Part shown: in pieces, positions 27,717 to 29,765 of the stretch
How positions within the stretch are numbered: the stretch's first letter is position 1
Layout of the letters: each line of letters begins with the position of its first letter
Assembly: GCA_003567255.1 (NCBI GenBank)
Contig: PWZW01000071.1
Location: 1-29,765, forward strand
Reading direction: 5' to 3'
Length of the DNA: 29,765 nt
Origin: Puniceicoccaceae bacterium
GTDB taxonomy: Bacteria > Verrucomicrobiota > Verrucomicrobiia > Opitutales > Coraliomargaritaceae
Position numbers and translations under genes: made by a program
The notes under the pieces: generated by a model
What the model saw: only the letters and a program-made list of their open reading frames with translations
What the model was told of the DNA's origin: nothing
Databases searched by the model: none

Positions 27717-28597
27717 CCCCTCTCGGACCCTTGGCGCAAGCCGGCGTGATTACGCTCCTTTGCTTTGGCCTTTATTTCGGCATTCGAGCCATTCCGGCAT
27801 CAGAGTGCGCATTCCTCCATTACAGCGCAGTCGAAGTTATGGCTGACGGCACCGAACGCTGTGAGGGTGGCCCCACCCCTTTTATTGACGTGAGGCGGAC
27901 ACCTTTCCCGGTCCGCATGGAGTTGATTAGCCTCGCGGAGCTTGAAGATGGAGACATGGAGGTCCGTCTCGAACTGCGCGGACCGGATGGTCGCCCCCTC
28001 CTGCCCCACCAAATAGCCATCACTCACACTGAGCGCATCCATCTTATGCTCGTTGAGGAGGGTCTTGCTCACTACCACCATATCCATCCACAGCCGGAGG
28101 GCGACAGCGGGGTGTATCGAGCCACCTTCACTCCCAAGGCGACCCAGTATCGTTACTTTGCCGAATTTGTGCCGGTCCGGACCCGGACACTTGCCATCGC
28201 CGACGGCAAACTGGATCTGAAGAAAGCGATGAGTCAGCCGGATTCCACCCTGGCGACCAAGGTCCGCACCGAAAATCTGCAAATCAGCGTTCAAGGCACG
28301 GAGGCTCCGGTGCGAAGAAATCGCGATACCACCCTGACGATTAATTTGAAAGATGCCGCTGGGGATCCACCCGACTTGGAGGTCATCATGGGCGCTTACG
28401 CGCACGTAGTAGCGTTTGAGGAAAGTCTTTCGGGGTACGCTCACATGCATCCGCTGAATCCAGATCCGCGCATGGACGACGGGCTCGAAATGGATTTCCT
28501 CTTCCACCCCACGCGCTCAGGTCGACACCGCGTCTGGGTTCAAATCAAGCTCGATGGTGTCGAGCACTATATACCCTTTGAGGCCGAGGTTCTGTGA
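27713..28597 (+). CDS. Membrane-anchored His-rich protein with two related beta-sandwich-like modules (putative heavy-metal binding)
   Basis: ATGA overlap with the SCO gene. The duplicated motif is 'HLMLVEEGLAHYHHIHP' / 'HVVAFEESLSGYAHMHP'. Cys32 and Cys50 follow the TM. Confidence 0.8.
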   Translation: MTPLGPLAQAGVITLLCFGLYFGIRAIPASECAFLHYSAVEVMADGTERCEGGPTPFIDVRRTPFPVRMELISLAELEDGDMEVRLELRGPDGRPLLPHQIAITHTERIHLMLVEEGLAHYHHIHPQPEGDSGVYRATFTPKATQYRYFAEFVPVRTRTLAIADGKLDLKKAMSQPDSTLATKVRTENLQISVQGTEAPVRRNRDTTLTINLKDAAGDPPDLEVIMGAYAHVVAFEESLSGYAHMHPLNPDPRMDDGLEMDFLFHPTRSGRHRVWVQIKLDGVEHYIPFEAEVL

Positions 28598-29049
28598 GGC
28601 GGAGGATTGCTCTATTCCTCATCTGTGGGGCGCCCATTGCCGCACTGATTATAGGTTACCTTGTCCGGTCCGAGGAACGGGCCCTGTTTCAATTTGTGGA
28701 GACTTATCAATCGCTCCACGCTGCGCGGAATGTTGAAGCTATGGTCAATCTCTTTTACTGGGAGGGCGTGGATTCCAATCACCGACGTCAACTTGCCCGG
28801 GCACTGACCGAGGAAACCCGCTTCCCGATTAAAAGTATCGAAGTTCGTCCCGCCACGCCGGAAGATATGCGAAACCATTTTCTATATGCCGGGTTATATC
28901 CCAACCTCGAACCCAGGTACTTTCTTGCGATTGAGTTGGATACGGAGGATATGCTCGGCCACTCCATGCTTGTTGGTCAAACACCCAGCGGTGAACTACG
29001 CGCTGCGGGTGCCCTCTCCCATCCATCCAACACGGAGAACAATCCGTAA
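28594..29049 (+). CDS. Hypothetical single-TM protein (151 aa)
   Basis: GTGA overlap with the upstream stop, N-terminal TM, then a soluble domain. Confidence 0.65.
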   Translation: MRRRIALFLICGAPIAALIIGYLVRSEERALFQFVETYQSLHAARNVEAMVNLFYWEGVDSNHRRQLARALTEETRFPIKSIEVRPATPEDMRNHFLYAGLYPNLEPRYFLAIELDTEDMLGHSMLVGQTPSGELRAAGALSHPSNTENNP

Positions 29050-29088
29050 ACACCCTCTAGCCACAGGTTAACCCAAGTTTAAGCATGC

Positions 29089-29718
29089 TCAGGATGGGGT
29101 ATAAATCATACGCTCCATCAAGCCGTCTTTTCCGGTTCGCTCAAAACCCATTTGCTCAAGGTAAAGTTGATGGTCAACGGTCTCCGCTTTGGCCTGGATT
29201 TTTTGGATCCGTTCAGCTGCCTTCGTCTCAGGGAAACGCTGGTAGAAATAGCTCCCCGTTTTAAAGTCCTGAAACTCCGGCAAGGCATAGTCAAGGTGGA
29301 CACCCAGAATCCCCTTGGAATCGTCGCGATCACCGAGAATACAACCTGCCAGCCGACCATCGCGTAGAATAATCCGAGCAAAGGTGTAAGCGCGCTTCGC
29401 GTCAAAAGAAGGCTGAAACTTTGCAATGTCCGCAGCGAAGTTGCCGAGCAAACGCTTAACGAAGGGCGTGTTTGCTTCCATGGGAACGACCTCGAAGCAT
29501 TCGCGTCGCCGGGTGAGGTGCCAAAGATGATAAAGGTTTATCCCTACAATGAAGGCATTCATTCCTGCAACCGGCCAGGAACCGATCAAAAATCCGTAAA
29601 CTGCGAAGGTAAGCGCACCACACAAATTAACAATCCTCAAGCGGACAATCCGCACCATCATGAGAGATGCTGCAACCAGTACGGAAGCCAAATAACCAAT
29701 GAGTTCAACGCCTGTCAT
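29089..29718 (-). CDS. YgjV-like membrane domain fused to GNAT-like domain
   Basis: N-terminal 'IGYLASVLVAASLMM..IVRLRIVNL.GA..F..YG' (about 3 TM). The C-terminus 'LDYALPEFQDFKTG...YLEQMGFER' resembles GNAT motifs A and B. Confidence 0.75.
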   Translation of the reverse strand: MTGVELIGYLASVLVAASLMMVRIVRLRIVNLCGALTFAVYGFLIGSWPVAGMNAFIVGINLYHLWHLTRRRECFEVVPMEANTPFVKRLLGNFAADIAKFQPSFDAKRAYTFARIILRDGRLAGCILGDRDDSKGILGVHLDYALPEFQDFKTGSYFYQRFPETKAAERIQKIQAKAETVDHQLYLEQMGFERTGKDGLMERMIYTPS

Positions 29719-29765
29719 CCCTTAAACCACACAGAGAACCCAGGAGTTGCCAAGGCTTATCGCCC

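Noticed and set aside
176-29426. Many long opposite-strand or alternate-frame ORFs (e.g. 4552-5349, 5676-6464, 13428-14090, 27800-28507)
   Set aside because: They are shadows of well-supported genes in GC-rich DNA and show no recognisable motifs.
1-29765. tRNA, rRNA, CRISPR array, IS element or prophage
   Set aside because: I saw no T-loop/cloverleaf, regularly spaced repeat-spacer pattern, transposase or phage structural motif by eye.

Overview
A gene-dense bacterial chromosomal window of mostly core genes. Its gene content and SD-poor, pyrimidine-rich leaders suggest Verrucomicrobiota (Opitutales-like); this is inference, not a database result. In order, it carries an AI-2E transporter, a DUF4139 protein, thyA, a DUF748/AsmA-like protein, an O-antigen-ligase-family protein, rplU-rpmA with a terminator, a tail-anchored protein, xerD, a ybbP-ybbA/tesA divergon, a Cys-type sulfatase, an orphan membrane-protein region (about 18.0-19.6 kb), a GntR regulator, a membrane-anchored repeat protein with an FGE/SUMF1-type domain, rnd, a RimB-like protease, a class I flavoprotein disulfide reductase, an M42 peptidase, a three-gene SCO/His-rich operon and a YgjV-GNAT-like fusion. 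I found no tRNA, rRNA, CRISPR array, transposase or prophage. The best leads are (i) a protein with five in-register 67-aa helical repeats fused to an FGE-fold domain lacking the catalytic cysteines and coupled to a small membrane protein, (ii) a translationally coupled putative copper-handling operon, and (iii) a RimB-like protease without rimK, close to an M42 aminopeptidase. All product calls come from motif recognition by eye.
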